Source of the DNA: a virus | Lineage: Duplodnaviria > Heunggongvirae > Uroviricota > Caudoviricetes | DNA length: 64,000 bases | Virus record (IMG/VR): IMGVR_UViG_3300005323_000036 | Strand: one strand, 5' to 3' | Shown here: positions 8,669-18,419 of the stretch, in pieces | How positions within the stretch are numbered: position 1 is the stretch's first letter | How the letters are laid out: each line of letters starts with the position of its first letter | Translations under genes and position numbers: made by a program | Notes under the pieces: model-generated | Databases searched by the model: none | Seen by the model: the letters and a program-made list of their open reading frames with translations, nothing else | Told to the model about the DNA's origin: nothing

Positions 8669-10984
8669 ATGGATTCTGAAATATGGATAATGGAGAATGC
8701 GGGGTATATTGTCGATTATAAAACTAATAAGCCTATTATAATGCTTTTTTCCAGGAACTATAAAGATAAGTATAAAACAATTACTCACAAAGTTTATGGG
8801 TTTGAACCATATTTTTATTGTCCTGCAAATGAAACCGATAAAGAAGATCCTGATAGATATAAACTTCCTCCTAAATGCAGATATGATGATGAAATTGTTA
8901 TAGATGCGCTAGGAAGAGAAGTTAGAAAGGTAATTGTTGATATACCCAATAGAGTTAGGGATATACGAGATAACTATTCATTTACTGATATGAGTGATTT
9001 CTTATTTGAAAAGAGATTTCTTGTAGACTATAAAATAAAATATGCATATACATGGGATGAATTTAATAATAGACCAACTCCCGTAGAAGTAGAAGGAATT
9101 CTTGAACCGCGTATAGTATATTATGATATTGAAAACTTATCTAAAGATGGTGGTTTTCCTGGTGCAGAAGAAGCAAAATATCCAGTTTGTATGATCCAAG
9201 TAAAAGATAGTTATACTAAAAAACATTTCTTGTTTACATCAGGAGTTCCACAAACTAAATTTGAAGGTCATATTGCTTGTAAAAATGAAAGCGAATTGTT
9301 TAAAGTTTTCTTGGAATATATAAAAGATATAAATCCCGATGTAATCAGCGGTTGGTGGAGTTCGGGCTACGACCTTCCTTATTTAATCAAAAGGGCTTAT
9401 AATCTTGGTTTAAATTTTAATGGATTTGGTAGGATAAATCGACCATTTAGAAACTTTGACATTAAAAAGAATGAGTGGAGATCTAAAGCACCCGGAAGAT
9501 CTACACTTGATATGAAAGAAGCATTCAAGAAGAAAACTGCTGTTGATGCTCAAAGAGAAACATATGCACTTAAATCTATATCTGCATTGTATGGATTTGA
9601 ATATAAAGATTTTGGACCTACCATCAATAAATTATTTGAAGATGAAGATTGGGAAACGCTACTTCAATATGGTTTAAATGATGTTCTTGCACTTGAATTG
9701 ATTGATGAAAAAGCAGGATTATTTAGTTTCTTTGAAGGGTTGCGGAAATTTACAGGTTGCTTTCTTGACGATGTGTTGCATACGTCTCTTCCAATAGAAT
9801 CGATTCTTCTACATAAAAATATTAAACCAATGCCAAGGAAATCTATATTCGTAGAAAGTGATAAATCTAAATTTGAAGGTGCGATAGTTCACAAACCTCC
9901 GGCAGGAATTCATCATAACGTTATTACGATAGATATTGCCGCATTATACCCCAATGTGCTCTATGGCTACTCTTTATCTCCCGATGTGGATGGGTTGGTT
10001 CCTAATACATTGAGAGAAATTATGGATGAGCGAGAGAGATTAAGAGCATTAAAAAAACTAAATCCAAGCGATATAAACATTTTTTATGAAGAAACAGCCA
10101 TAAAAATTGTGGCGAATGCCTTTTTTGGTACGATAGGATCGAAATCTTTTAGATTATTTAATGAAGAAATTGCGGGAACTATTACACGTAAAGGTAGAGA
10201 AATAAATCTAATGCTCAAAGAATATGCCGAGAAATTGAATTTAAACGTCATAGCGGGGGATACGGACAGCTTATTTCTTACAGAAGTTAAAACAATAGAT
10301 GAAGGTCTAGAATATGAAAAATTATTTAATGACTTTTTAGAAAAGTTTTCAATTGAGACAAAAAGTAAAGTTATATTTAAACTTAAATTTGAAAAATTCT
10401 TTAGAACCCTTATGTTTAAATTTAAAAAGGATGGTGAACCTGCAAAAAAGAAATATATTGGTAATTTAATTTGGGAAGAAGGAAAAGATTGTAATGAATT
10501 GTATGATAAAGGTACTGAATTAACTAGATCTGATAATTCCAAAATAACAAAAGAAATATTAGAAACGTTTATGGATCTACTATTAATGAAGGATGATTCT
10601 GAAAATGCTAAAAAATATATTAAAGAATCATATGATAGAGTTAAAAATGGAAATGTAGATGTATTTGAAATTTCTATACCGAAGGAAGTTAGGAAAGCAA
10701 ATGCAAGTGGTCCTTGGCAAGAAGGTAAAGATAATACTATAAAATATTTAAATCACCATATAACCGAGGGAGAAAAACCGAGATTAATATATGTAACTAA
10801 AGAACCTTATAAACTTTGTATTGATGAGGATTTAGATATTGGAGAATGGAAAAATTACATTGACTGGAAACTTACACTTGAAAAAACTGTTACTGATAAA
10901 CTTAAAACATACGTAGAAGCAGCGGGTATGGACTGGGACGCAATTGTTCACGGCCAAAAAAGTCTCACCGATTTCTTCAGTTAA
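8669..10984 (+). CDS. polB: family B DNA polymerase with 3'-5' exonuclease domain
   Basis: Exo I is YYDIENLS. Pol motif A is DIAALYPNVLYGY and motif C is IAGDTDSLFL. Length is 771 aa. Confidence 0.9.
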   Translation: MDSEIWIMENAGYIVDYKTNKPIIMLFSRNYKDKYKTITHKVYGFEPYFYCPANETDKEDPDRYKLPPKCRYDDEIVIDALGREVRKVIVDIPNRVRDIRDNYSFTDMSDFLFEKRFLVDYKIKYAYTWDEFNNRPTPVEVEGILEPRIVYYDIENLSKDGGFPGAEEAKYPVCMIQVKDSYTKKHFLFTSGVPQTKFEGHIACKNESELFKVFLEYIKDINPDVISGWWSSGYDLPYLIKRAYNLGLNFNGFGRINRPFRNFDIKKNEWRSKAPGRSTLDMKEAFKKKTAVDAQRETYALKSISALYGFEYKDFGPTINKLFEDEDWETLLQYGLNDVLALELIDEKAGLFSFFEGLRKFTGCFLDDVLHTSLPIESILLHKNIKPMPRKSIFVESDKSKFEGAIVHKPPAGIHHNVITIDIAALYPNVLYGYSLSPDVDGLVPNTLREIMDERERLRALKKLNPSDINIFYEETAIKIVANAFFGTIGSKSFRLFNEEIAGTITRKGREINLMLKEYAEKLNLNVIAGDTDSLFLTEVKTIDEGLEYEKLFNDFLEKFSIETKSKVIFKLKFEKFFRTLMFKFKKDGEPAKKKYIGNLIWEEGKDCNELYDKGTELTRSDNSKITKEILETFMDLLLMKDDSENAKKYIKESYDRVKNGNVDVFEISIPKEVRKANASGPWQEGKDNTIKYLNHHITEGEKPRLIYVTKEPYKLCIDEDLDIGEWKNYIDWKLTLEKTVTDKLKTYVEAAGMDWDAIVHGQKSLTDFFS

Positions 10985-11217
10985 TGTATCTAATAATAGA
11001 TCTATTATCTTCTCCTTTCTTCCGAAACTATTATCATCTTTTAGAACTAATACTATGTATGGAAGAAGAATGTAGAATAATCTCAAAGAAACGGTTTGAT
11101 GAACTTATTGAAGCAGAAGCAATGTTAGAGGCACTTTATGCTGCAGGTGTTGATAATTGGTCTGGGTATGATGAAGCGATGAACATTTTAGACGAATCAT
11201 CTAATGTAGAAGAATAA
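10984..11217 (+). CDS. hypothetical protein (start uncertain: 10984 or ATG 11059)
   Basis: Overlaps the polB stop in an ATGA-like arrangement. The C-terminal motif is AAGVDNWSGYDEAM. Confidence 0.3.
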   Translation: MYLIIDLLSSPFFRNYYHLLELILCMEEECRIISKKRFDELIEAEAMLEALYAAGVDNWSGYDEAMNILDESSNVEE

Positions 11218-11237
11218 AACTATTATTATTGATTATT

Positions 11238-11387
11238 ATGGAAGAATCAACAGAACTTGAATACCTGAAATGGTTTCATCAAATGGCAGATTTTGGTCCA
11301 TCTGATGGAGATGTAAGAATTCACTTACAAGAAATGTTTGAAAGAGAAACTGGAAAAAGAGTTCCTTCAAACTGGAAATATGAATAA
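11238..11387 (+). CDS. hypothetical small protein
   Basis: 49-aa ORF MEESTELEYLKWFHQMADFGPSDGDVRIHLQEMFERE…. Confidence 0.3.
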   Translation: MEESTELEYLKWFHQMADFGPSDGDVRIHLQEMFERETGKRVPSNWKYE

Positions 11388-11745
11388 AATTTATGGTGAA
11401 ATAATTATGAAACAATCATTAGAAAAAACAGAAAATGATATTAAATTTATTAAAGAAGTTATTAATGACCCCGATCCAGAAGATCTCACTTGGGTTTACC
11501 ATGATAAACCAGACCAATTTTACAAATGTGAGATCATAGATGACATTGATGAATCTAATATTGGAAAAATGGTAAAACGGCATTCTAAAAATATTGATAA
11601 AATATCTGTTGGGAAGATACTTACTCATTATAAAAATAATAAAAATGCAGATGATTTTACCGATGTAATTAGAAGATATAAAGTAATAAAGATCTGTGGT
11701 AACAAATGTAAGTATAATGATATGTGTAAAAATTGCAAATTATAA
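11380..11745 (+). CDS. hypothetical protein with C-terminal Cys cluster
   Basis: First ATG is at 11380. The C-terminus is CGNKCKYNDMCKNCKL. Confidence 0.4.
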   Translation: MNKIYGEIIMKQSLEKTENDIKFIKEVINDPDPEDLTWVYHDKPDQFYKCEIIDDIDESNIGKMVKRHSKNIDKISVGKILTHYKNNKNADDFTDVIRRYKVIKICGNKCKYNDMCKNCKL

Positions 11746-11767
11746 ATTTTTTAATTACTAGTATATC

Positions 11768-12511
11768 ATGAAAAATCAAGCACGTATTAAGTATCTCTAT
11801 TTCAGGGATATTGTAAACATTGTAAAGGCATGTAACATTGAAGCGCGATTGCATATTGAAGAAGATAGAATCTGGCTTAAATGCGTAGATATATCAAATG
11901 TGATGATGGTTAATCTTAATATTCCTAAATCAGTATTTGAATCTTACAGCCTTAAACCACAAGTTATTGGCATTGATTTTGCTAAACTATCTACATTCTC
12001 CAACATGACATATGGTTATGTAGATATTATCCAGGGTTTCAAAGATCTAGATGATACATTTGATATTAAATTTGAATCCGGTAAATATAATCTAACAATC
12101 AAAAATGGATTAGATATCACGACAATTAAGAAAGAACCCAATGACTTTAATGAAGAAATTCTCGATACATCTGCAATTGTTAGTTCACCATCAGTTAGAA
12201 AATTCCTCAAAGAAGTCAAGAAAGAATCAAGTAGAGTAAAAATAAGTATTGTGTCTGGAGATCTCTATTTCAATGCATATGATGAATCCGAATACATTTA
12301 TGAATTTGTTACCAGAGATGCTGTATCATCATTAGACTCCAATGCAAAAACATCACTATATTCAATTGAATATATAATCGATTGCTTCAAATATGTTAAA
12401 GGTGATGTTGAAATTTTAATGGGAACTGACAAACCATGTAAAATTTCATTCGGATTAGATGGAATAAACATTGGATCATATGTATTGGCGCCCAGAATTG
12501 AAGGAGATTAA
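11768..12511 (+). CDS. PCNA-type sliding clamp
   Basis: 247 aa. The N-terminal pattern fits PCNA domain 1. The C-terminus GSYVLAPRIEGD matches the PCNA tail YYLAPKIEDEE. Confidence 0.75.
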   Translation: MKNQARIKYLYFRDIVNIVKACNIEARLHIEEDRIWLKCVDISNVMMVNLNIPKSVFESYSLKPQVIGIDFAKLSTFSNMTYGYVDIIQGFKDLDDTFDIKFESGKYNLTIKNGLDITTIKKEPNDFNEEILDTSAIVSSPSVRKFLKEVKKESSRVKISIVSGDLYFNAYDESEYIYEFVTRDAVSSLDSNAKTSLYSIEYIIDCFKYVKGDVEILMGTDKPCKISFGLDGINIGSYVLAPRIEGD

Positions 12512-12525
12512 GAAGAGAATAAATC

Positions 12526-12738
12526 ATGATCTCAATTTACAGTTTTCAATTCTTTGAAGGGATAGCCATATTAGCATGTGTACCAAGCGTAATTGTAATG
12601 ATATTAACTGCTATGGATTATAGATCAAGGCCTGGAGATCCATCGACAAGTGCAATTATAACGTGGATTATAACCATGATTGTTGCTATACTGATAGTTG
12701 CATGTCATTATGCATGGTGTCAGTTAATATTTGTATAG
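12526..12738 (+). CDS. small membrane protein
   Basis: Two to three hydrophobic helices. Confidence 0.35.
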   Translation: MISIYSFQFFEGIAILACVPSVIVMILTAMDYRSRPGDPSTSAIITWIITMIVAILIVACHYAWCQLIFV

Positions 12739-12749
12739 AGGATTTTACA

Positions 12750-12923
12750 ATGACAAATAAAGTTTATATTTTTACAACGTATGCTGAACAAGTGAATGAA
12801 TTTGAAGCAGATTCTGAAACGGAAGCACAAGATCTATTTGATGAATATAATGATAATGTAAATGGTGGATTTGAATGGGATCATATTGACATTGAAGAAA
12901 TAGAATTATCAGATGATGAATAA
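12750..12923 (+). CDS. small acidic protein, 'EADSEEEA' family paralogue
   Basis: ATG at 12750. The motif is KVYIFTTYAEQVNEFEADSETEAQDLFDE. Confidence 0.35.
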   Translation: MTNKVYIFTTYAEQVNEFEADSETEAQDLFDEYNDNVNGGFEWDHIDIEEIELSDDE

Positions 12924-13075
12924 TGGATATAAACATAGGAATTTTAAAAGTAATATTATTCATAATAATTACAATATGTTTATATATACCAAAATCTATA
13001 TTTTCTTCAATAATATTAGTAATTGCATTTTGTATGTTTGTCCCATTAGTAAAATATAATGAAGAGATACCTTAA
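12923..13075 (+). CDS. small hydrophobic peptide
   Basis: 50-aa ORF in TAATG overlap with both neighbouring genes. It has two hydrophobic segments. Confidence 0.3.
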   Translation: MDINIGILKVILFIIITICLYIPKSIFSSIILVIAFCMFVPLVKYNEEIP

Positions 13076-13278
13076 TGAAAAGAACAAAGATTGATCCTGA
13101 CTTTATAGATAATTATAATATCAATTCTCCAACGAAGCAAAAGAAAACTATCTATTTTGAAGATCATTATAATGTTAATATTGATGATTTTAAAACTACA
13201 AAAGAAATAGATGAATTTATAGAAAATCAAACTGGAAAGAAATTAGAAATCGTTAAAATTAAAAATAATCTACTATGA
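13075..13278 (+). CDS. hypothetical protein
   Basis: 67 aa, N/K/I-rich. Confidence 0.35.
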   Translation: MKRTKIDPDFIDNYNINSPTKQKKTIYFEDHYNVNIDDFKTTKEIDEFIENQTGKKLEIVKIKNNLL

Positions 13279-13739
13279 ATGTAAACGATGTAATGATACC
13301 AAAAAATATTAAAAGAGATGTTGAATATTTTTGTAAGTCTTGGAATACTATTTCTAATTATTATAATAAAGAAATTTTAAAGATTAAAAATTTATTCAAT
13401 ATTATAGATTTTTCAATAATTGATAATTATTGCGATATATCATTCATAGGTCCAAATAAAAATAAATATTCATTTGTATTTAATATTCTTGATAATAAAC
13501 GAGATCCATTTGAATATATAAGTAACCATGATATAGATTTTAAACATTATTCTAAAATATATAATAAAATGATAAAACTTTTAGACAATATACCTTATAA
13601 AATAGAAAATCTGATTACAAAAAGAGGATATTCATTTGAATGGGACGAAGATATATGTTATTATTCATCAGACGAATATATTATTACATCTGGAACTTAT
13701 GAAATCGATAAAAATAATTATGAAGTAGAAAAATATTAA
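13275..13739 (+). CDS. hypothetical protein
   Basis: 154 aa, ATGA overlap with the upstream gene, very AT-rich codons. Confidence 0.4.
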   Translation: MNVNDVMIPKNIKRDVEYFCKSWNTISNYYNKEILKIKNLFNIIDFSIIDNYCDISFIGPNKNKYSFVFNILDNKRDPFEYISNHDIDFKHYSKIYNKMIKLLDNIPYKIENLITKRGYSFEWDEDICYYSSDEYIITSGTYEIDKNNYEVEKY

Positions 13740-13755
13740 ACAATCTTCTCTAAAA

Positions 13756-13950
13756 CTATCCTTTAATTTCTTCTATAACACCATTTCTTACAACACTACA
13801 GTAACTTCCTTCTCCAAGTGTAATAGATACATTGTTTGTAATCACTGTATTGTTACTATCGTATAGCGATGTTGTATTAGTAATATAACTACATGAAACT
13901 GGTGAAATGAATAATAACATGACTAAACAAATGATTAAAATTTTAAACAT
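13756..13950 (-). CDS. small secreted protein (signal peptide + ~40-aa mature part with 2 Cys)
   Basis: MFKILIICLVMLLFISPVSCSY… with the start codon verified as cat at 13948-13950. It is first in a reverse-oriented island. Confidence 0.4.
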   Translation of the reverse strand: MFKILIICLVMLLFISPVSCSYITNTTSLYDSNNTVITNNVSITLGEGSYCSVVRNGVIEEIKG

Positions 13951-13967
13951 AACACGAAAATAAGAAT

Positions 13968-14182
13968 TTAATTAGTTTCTTCATCAAACAATGCAGGAAT
14001 AAACTTCAATAGATCAAGTTGAATAGTTTCCATGATTAATTACCAAGTTCATCATAGTTTGAAATGTTAGTTGTTTCTTTCATTTTAATTAGTCTCCTCA
14101 TCAAATCCAATTGTATTATTCTCTTCACCCATGTTAATTACCTTCTCTTCCTTTCATGCTATATTCTATATGTTTTACATGT
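13968..14182. repeat. degenerate ~49-bp tandem repeat (3-4 units) in a divergent intergenic region; units carry tiny minus-strand ORFs ending …DEETN
   Basis: TTAATTA recurs at 14036, 14085 and 14134 (49-nt period). Units starting at 13968 and 14085 share 19 of their first 22 nt. The tiny ORFs are MGEENNTIGFDEETN, MKETTNISNYDELGN and METIQLDLLKFIPALFDEETN. Confidence 0.45.
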
Positions 14183-14280
14183 TTAAAAAGATAGTGATTG
14201 GTATAATAGATCTATAACCATTACCATCCTTCTTCTCTCCTATTACATTTATATACAATTAAAGCGTATATTACTACATC

Positions 14281-14490
14281 ATGTCAATCATGGACAGAAA
14301 AATGGCTACAGATGATGCAAGTGAAGAACTAAAACAAGATCTTGCAAATCCTAGTATGAGTTTCTACGGTAGAGTGCGAGAAGCAGCACGTAATGTTGCT
14401 ATCAAATGTAAAATGATGTGTAAGGGCGAGTCTTCATCTTCATCGTCTAGCAACCCAGATGGAGATTGTAAACTTACAGAAAACGAATAA
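14281..14490 (+). CDS. hypothetical protein with Ser-rich tail
   Basis: 69 aa with KCKMMCKGESSSSSSSNPDGDC. GC content is elevated relative to neighbours. Confidence 0.35.
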   Translation: MSIMDRKMATDDASEELKQDLANPSMSFYGRVREAARNVAIKCKMMCKGESSSSSSSNPDGDCKLTENE

Positions 14491-14513
14491 ATTTTGAGAG
14501 TTTTTTGATACAT

Positions 14514-15266
14514 ATGATTAAAATTAAACATCTTTTTATTCTAATGTTTGTTATGATGCTAATTGCATCTGTAATGTCAACACCTATGGCAACTTCATCT
14601 ATTGAAGTTCAGGGAGCAGGTGGTATTGGAATTCATACAAGCACTAGAACGTCTGAAGTAACTGCAGATGGTATTGGAAGTCACGGGACATATCAGATTC
14701 AATCAGCATCTCGTAAAGTTCTGACTGTTGGAATGGCATCTATTAAAGCAAAAGAAGTCAGTAACCAACAGTATAAGAATACACTTGATTCATCCGTTGA
14801 AGGAGAATTTAGAGATGCTGCACTTGTATCAGATCGTTATGTTCTTGAAGACAATAAAAATGTTGATGGTAGCGCGTCATGGTATGCAGCATTGAATGAA
14901 AATGCAACTCCAAGTTATCAGTATGTAGAAACAGAAGCACTACAGATGGGAAGCGGTGGAGGAGCATATAAATCAGCAGGTGTAATGAATGAAGCGAACC
15001 TGACATCGTCTATAAGTGCTGAAGGAAATGCTGGTGGAATTACCTACAAGACATATGCAACAACAGAAGCGGGTTTCACTCCAGGAAGTAACGACATTGA
15101 CTTCCGTAAGACAGAGCGCACCTATGATGGTCAGTTTGATAAGAATGGCACTGGATATGAACTTGGTATTGATTATATCTGGAAAGATTCTAGCAACCCA
15201 TTTGAAGTTGTAAATAACACTACATCTTCTTTAAATAAAACAACAGAAGTAAATCTTACAGAATAA
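14514..15266 (+). CDS. secreted Gly/Ser/Thr/Ala-rich protein (signal peptide; possible surface/adhesin-like)
   Basis: True ATG is at 14514 (the track start at 14505 is TTG). The N-terminus is MIKIKHLFILMFVMMLIASVMS. No Cys. GC is about 40% against about 30% in flanking DNA. Confidence 0.5.
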   Translation: MIKIKHLFILMFVMMLIASVMSTPMATSSIEVQGAGGIGIHTSTRTSEVTADGIGSHGTYQIQSASRKVLTVGMASIKAKEVSNQQYKNTLDSSVEGEFRDAALVSDRYVLEDNKNVDGSASWYAALNENATPSYQYVETEALQMGSGGGAYKSAGVMNEANLTSSISAEGNAGGITYKTYATTEAGFTPGSNDIDFRKTERTYDGQFDKNGTGYELGIDYIWKDSSNPFEVVNNTTSSLNKTTEVNLTE

Positions 15267-15514
15267 AACAAACATCTCTATTTTTTATTTATATACTTTA
15301 CAATATCCTAATTAATATATAGATAAACTAAATTCTGTTTACTATGTCACAGCAAGTATTACGAATATTAAGTAAAGTAACACTAATGTTATTGATTATT
15401 TATTATAGATGTAAGTGGAAACTAATGCACAAATTAAACATAAGTTAAAGAAAATATCTATAAGTTAAATAATATAATTAAATTTCTGTGTTTTAAAGTA
15501 AAAGTGTTAAACAA

Positions 15515-15619
15515 GTGAGCCTTGGCGAACGAATCATCATAACAAAGAAAAAGAAAAAAGGATCTAATTCTCTGCTATTTTTACGGCACTAACTTATATG
15601 ATCTATCTGTATATAAATG
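15515..15619 (+). repeat. intergenic element copy A of a 5-member repeat family (core CTAACTTATATGATCTATCTGTATATAAATG + polypurine tract + GC-rich box)
   Basis: Shares the core, the AAAAAGAAAAAAGGATC tract and a GGCGAACG box (reverse complement of copy E's CGTTCGC) with copies at 28471, 31358, 40414 and 48683. Confidence 0.6.
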
Positions 15620-15642
15620 TAATGTCTCAAAAAGAAGTGGGA

Positions 15643-15846
15643 TTAATAGTGTCTAGATCCAATGATCTGACCATTGTCTACAGTATAGAATGGATTTCTG
15701 TCTCCAAGTCCTTTATCTAGAATAATGGTATATGTGTTATTTCCTTCTGCTTCATTCCGGTCTACTTCTGAAAGAATAAACTTTGCATCTTCTTCAGTTT
15801 CACCCGCTACAATAAAGGTCCTTCCTTCTTCATTCATTTTTCTCAT
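15643..15846 (-). CDS. hypothetical protein
   Basis: ATG at 15846 on the minus strand, preceded by a GGAGG SD. The track start at 15861 is TTG. Confidence 0.4.
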   Translation of the reverse strand: MRKMNEEGRTFIVAGETEEDAKFILSEVDRNEAEGNNTYTIILDKGLGDRNPFYTVDNGQIIGSRHY

Positions 15847-15877
15847 TTTAATTACCTCCAAAGTTACGATTTCTCTT

Positions 15878-16159
15878 TTATACGGTTTTTCCTTCTAGTG
15901 ATGTCATTTCTACTGGAATATTTTCATCATTCTGAACTTCCTTGATAACACTTACCATGTCTTTACCAAGTTCCTGATATTCAAGATCGGTCCAGGTTTT
16001 ATCAGCCTGTCCTTTGAAATAAGCATCGCCTACTTCAACAACTTTCTGTGCGATCTTGAGATATCGAAGTGCGCGCGCGTTTGTAGCAAAATAGGTTACT
16101 GCAACACCAAGAACGGTTGTAATAATCCCAATAATTGCTACAGGATCGTTATCAGTCAT
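15878..16159 (-). CDS. small membrane protein (N-terminal TM, charged C-terminus; holin-like topology)
   Basis: Internal ATG at 16159 gives MTDNDPVAIIGIITTVLGVAVTYFATN…. The longer track version starts at 16261. Confidence 0.4.
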   Translation of the reverse strand: MTDNDPVAIIGIITTVLGVAVTYFATNARALRYLKIAQKVVEVGDAYFKGQADKTWTDLEYQELGKDMVSVIKEVQNDENIPVEMTSLEGKTV

Positions 16160-16302
16160 ACAATTAAGAAATAATAGTTTTCCAGTATATAAAGAAGAAT
16201 AAATGCTTAAATGTTTAACTAACTGGTTGTATATTATAAATATTGACTTTAATAAATACATATAATTATATACTTTAGAGATTAAACATTATAATTAATT
16301 TT

Positions 16303-17316
16303 ATGTATAAAATAGGTTTGATGATTACTTATAATGAATCTCACTTTATTAAATACTCACTTCCTAATTTATTGAGATGTGTAGATTATGTTTTAGTATT
16401 AGATGGATCTAATAAAGGAGAAGGAACGCGTGAATATTTAGAAAGTTTAGATAATGTAATTGTATTCTATGAAGAGTTTTGTCCCGAAATAAAAACATAT
16501 AAAGATCGTAGACAGTTTCTTTTAGATAGGGGAAGACCAAAAGCATCTCATTTTATTGTTATTGATGCTGATGAAATTTTAAGTGAAGAATTAATCAATT
16601 ATCTAAACAACAATGATTGGAATGATGCTATTTATTGTAAATGGTGGCATGTTGGTAATAAATTAAATTTAGTAAATAAAGATAGGCTAAAAGATACACA
16701 AGGAATTGCATTTATAGATAAGGGAATTAATTATCATGGTAATGAATATGTTCATGAAGATAAAATTCCAATTGGAAGAGAAGAAAACTATGTAATAGTA
16801 AATTATCCATTATTTCATTTTGGGATGTGTAATACAGATTACATAAATATTAAAGAATCTTATTATAAATGTTTATCAATAAAAGAAGGCTATCCAACTT
16901 ATAGAATAAATTTAGACTATCTTAATAACTATTCTAATGTAATTTATACAGAAATACAAAAATATCACTATCCAGATAATATTAATGAAGATATTCTTAA
17001 TATTGATAAATCAATGAAGAACAAATTGTTTGAATTAGTTAAGAAAAATTATATGAGATATTATGATCTTGATATATGGTCAGATGAATTGATAAATTAT
17101 TGCAAGAAAGAATGTGTATTGTTTAAAGAAAATTTAATTTACATTAGACAAAATGAAAGTCATAAAATAAAATATTTTAAAATTATGTATCAAGGGTTTA
17201 AATACAATCTTGAAAAAGGTAATTATATGAACATTTTAAAAGGAATGTTAGAAATATATAACTATTTAAAATCTCATGCTAGATACAGAATTAGTAAATT
17301 TTGGAGTAATTCATGA
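16303..17316 (+). CDS. glycosyltransferase (GT2-like fold)
   Basis: N-terminus MITYNESHFIKYSL…VLDGSNKGEGT…IVIDADE. First gene of the glycan cluster. Confidence 0.55.
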   Translation: MYKIGLMITYNESHFIKYSLPNLLRCVDYVLVLDGSNKGEGTREYLESLDNVIVFYEEFCPEIKTYKDRRQFLLDRGRPKASHFIVIDADEILSEELINYLNNNDWNDAIYCKWWHVGNKLNLVNKDRLKDTQGIAFIDKGINYHGNEYVHEDKIPIGREENYVIVNYPLFHFGMCNTDYINIKESYYKCLSIKEGYPTYRINLDYLNNYSNVIYTEIQKYHYPDNINEDILNIDKSMKNKLFELVKKNYMRYYDLDIWSDELINYCKKECVLFKENLIYIRQNESHKIKYFKIMYQGFKYNLEKGNYMNILKGMLEIYNYLKSHARYRISKFWSNS

Positions 17317-18419
17317 TTAGAGTTGCAATCATCAGAGAAAATGGTTTATTTTATGGTGGAACTGAAAAGTTTCTTCAGATTATGGCCGCTGAAACAAACA
17401 AAGATGAATTTCAAATTGATTATTATACGACAGATAAAATGAGATCTCCAGATAGAAAAAAATATCTATTGGATAATAATGTTAATATAATTAAATTCAA
17501 AGTAAAGCCTAGATATGAGAGGATACCTTTTAGAATTTTAAATCTACTTAATAATAATTGGTCTGATTTTTGGCATAAATTTAATAAAGTTAATAATAAA
17601 ACTCCATATGATGTAATTCAAATTACTAATTTTGGATGGAAAGAAGAGCCATTTCAAAGTTTTAAAGATGATTATAAAGTATGTGAATTTACAGTATTTC
17701 CACCATATGTTAAATTTCCAGGAGTAAAACATCACATTTTAAATTCTGAATGGTTAAGGGATCAATGGTTGTTTAGATTTGCCGAAGGACATAGTGGAAG
17801 GCGTAGCAAAACTACAGTAATACCAGTTCCAGTAAAGAAGACATCAGATAAAAACTTAAGAAAAGAACTTGGAATTTCAGAAGATACCATTGTATTTGGT
17901 TTCCATCAAAGAAATGATAATGGATTGTTTTCTCCTGTTCAATTAGATGCGTTTTCTAAACTAGAGAAAGAATGTGATGATGTAATGATGTTTGTATTAA
18001 ATGGGTGTGATTTATACAAAAAACAAGCAGAAAATCTAAATATAAAAAACATTAAATTTATTCCGTATCAAGATGAGGTTTCTCCATTTCTCAATACATT
18101 AGATGTTTATGCACATGGTAGAAAAGATGGTGAAACTTATGGTATGGTATTAGCAGAAGCAATGTTACATGGTTTACCTTGCATAAGTCACACTACGCCG
18201 TATTATAATGCAATGAATAGTGTTATAGGAAGTGGTGGGTTTGTTGTAAATTCAGGACATGAATATTTTCAGGTGATGGAAGATATGTTAATTGATTCTT
18301 ATAGAAATGCAACATCTAAAAATGCATTGCGAATTGCTAATGAAAATTATACATATGATGTAGTTATTCCAAAAATAGAAGAAGTATGGAGAAAAGTTGC
18401 TAGAAAGGACGTGCTATAA
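17313..18419 (+). CDS. glycosyltransferase family 1/GT4-type
   Basis: C-terminal GT4 signature ETYGMVLAEAMLHGLPCISHTTP. It overlaps its neighbours in ATGA/TAATG fashion. Confidence 0.65.
   Translation: MIRVAIIRENGLFYGGTEKFLQIMAAETNKDEFQIDYYTTDKMRSPDRKKYLLDNNVNIIKFKVKPRYERIPFRILNLLNNNWSDFWHKFNKVNNKTPYDVIQITNFGWKEEPFQSFKDDYKVCEFTVFPPYVKFPGVKHHILNSEWLRDQWLFRFAEGHSGRRSKTTVIPVPVKKTSDKNLRKELGISEDTIVFGFHQRNDNGLFSPVQLDAFSKLEKECDDVMMFVLNGCDLYKKQAENLNIKNIKFIPYQDEVSPFLNTLDVYAHGRKDGETYGMVLAEAMLHGLPCISHTTPYYNAMNSVIGSGGFVVNSGHEYFQVMEDMLIDSYRNATSKNALRIANENYTYDVVIPKIEEVWRKVARKDVL

Noticed and set aside
10084-10542. 152-aa minus-strand ORF
   Set aside because: It is antisense inside the DNA polymerase gene.
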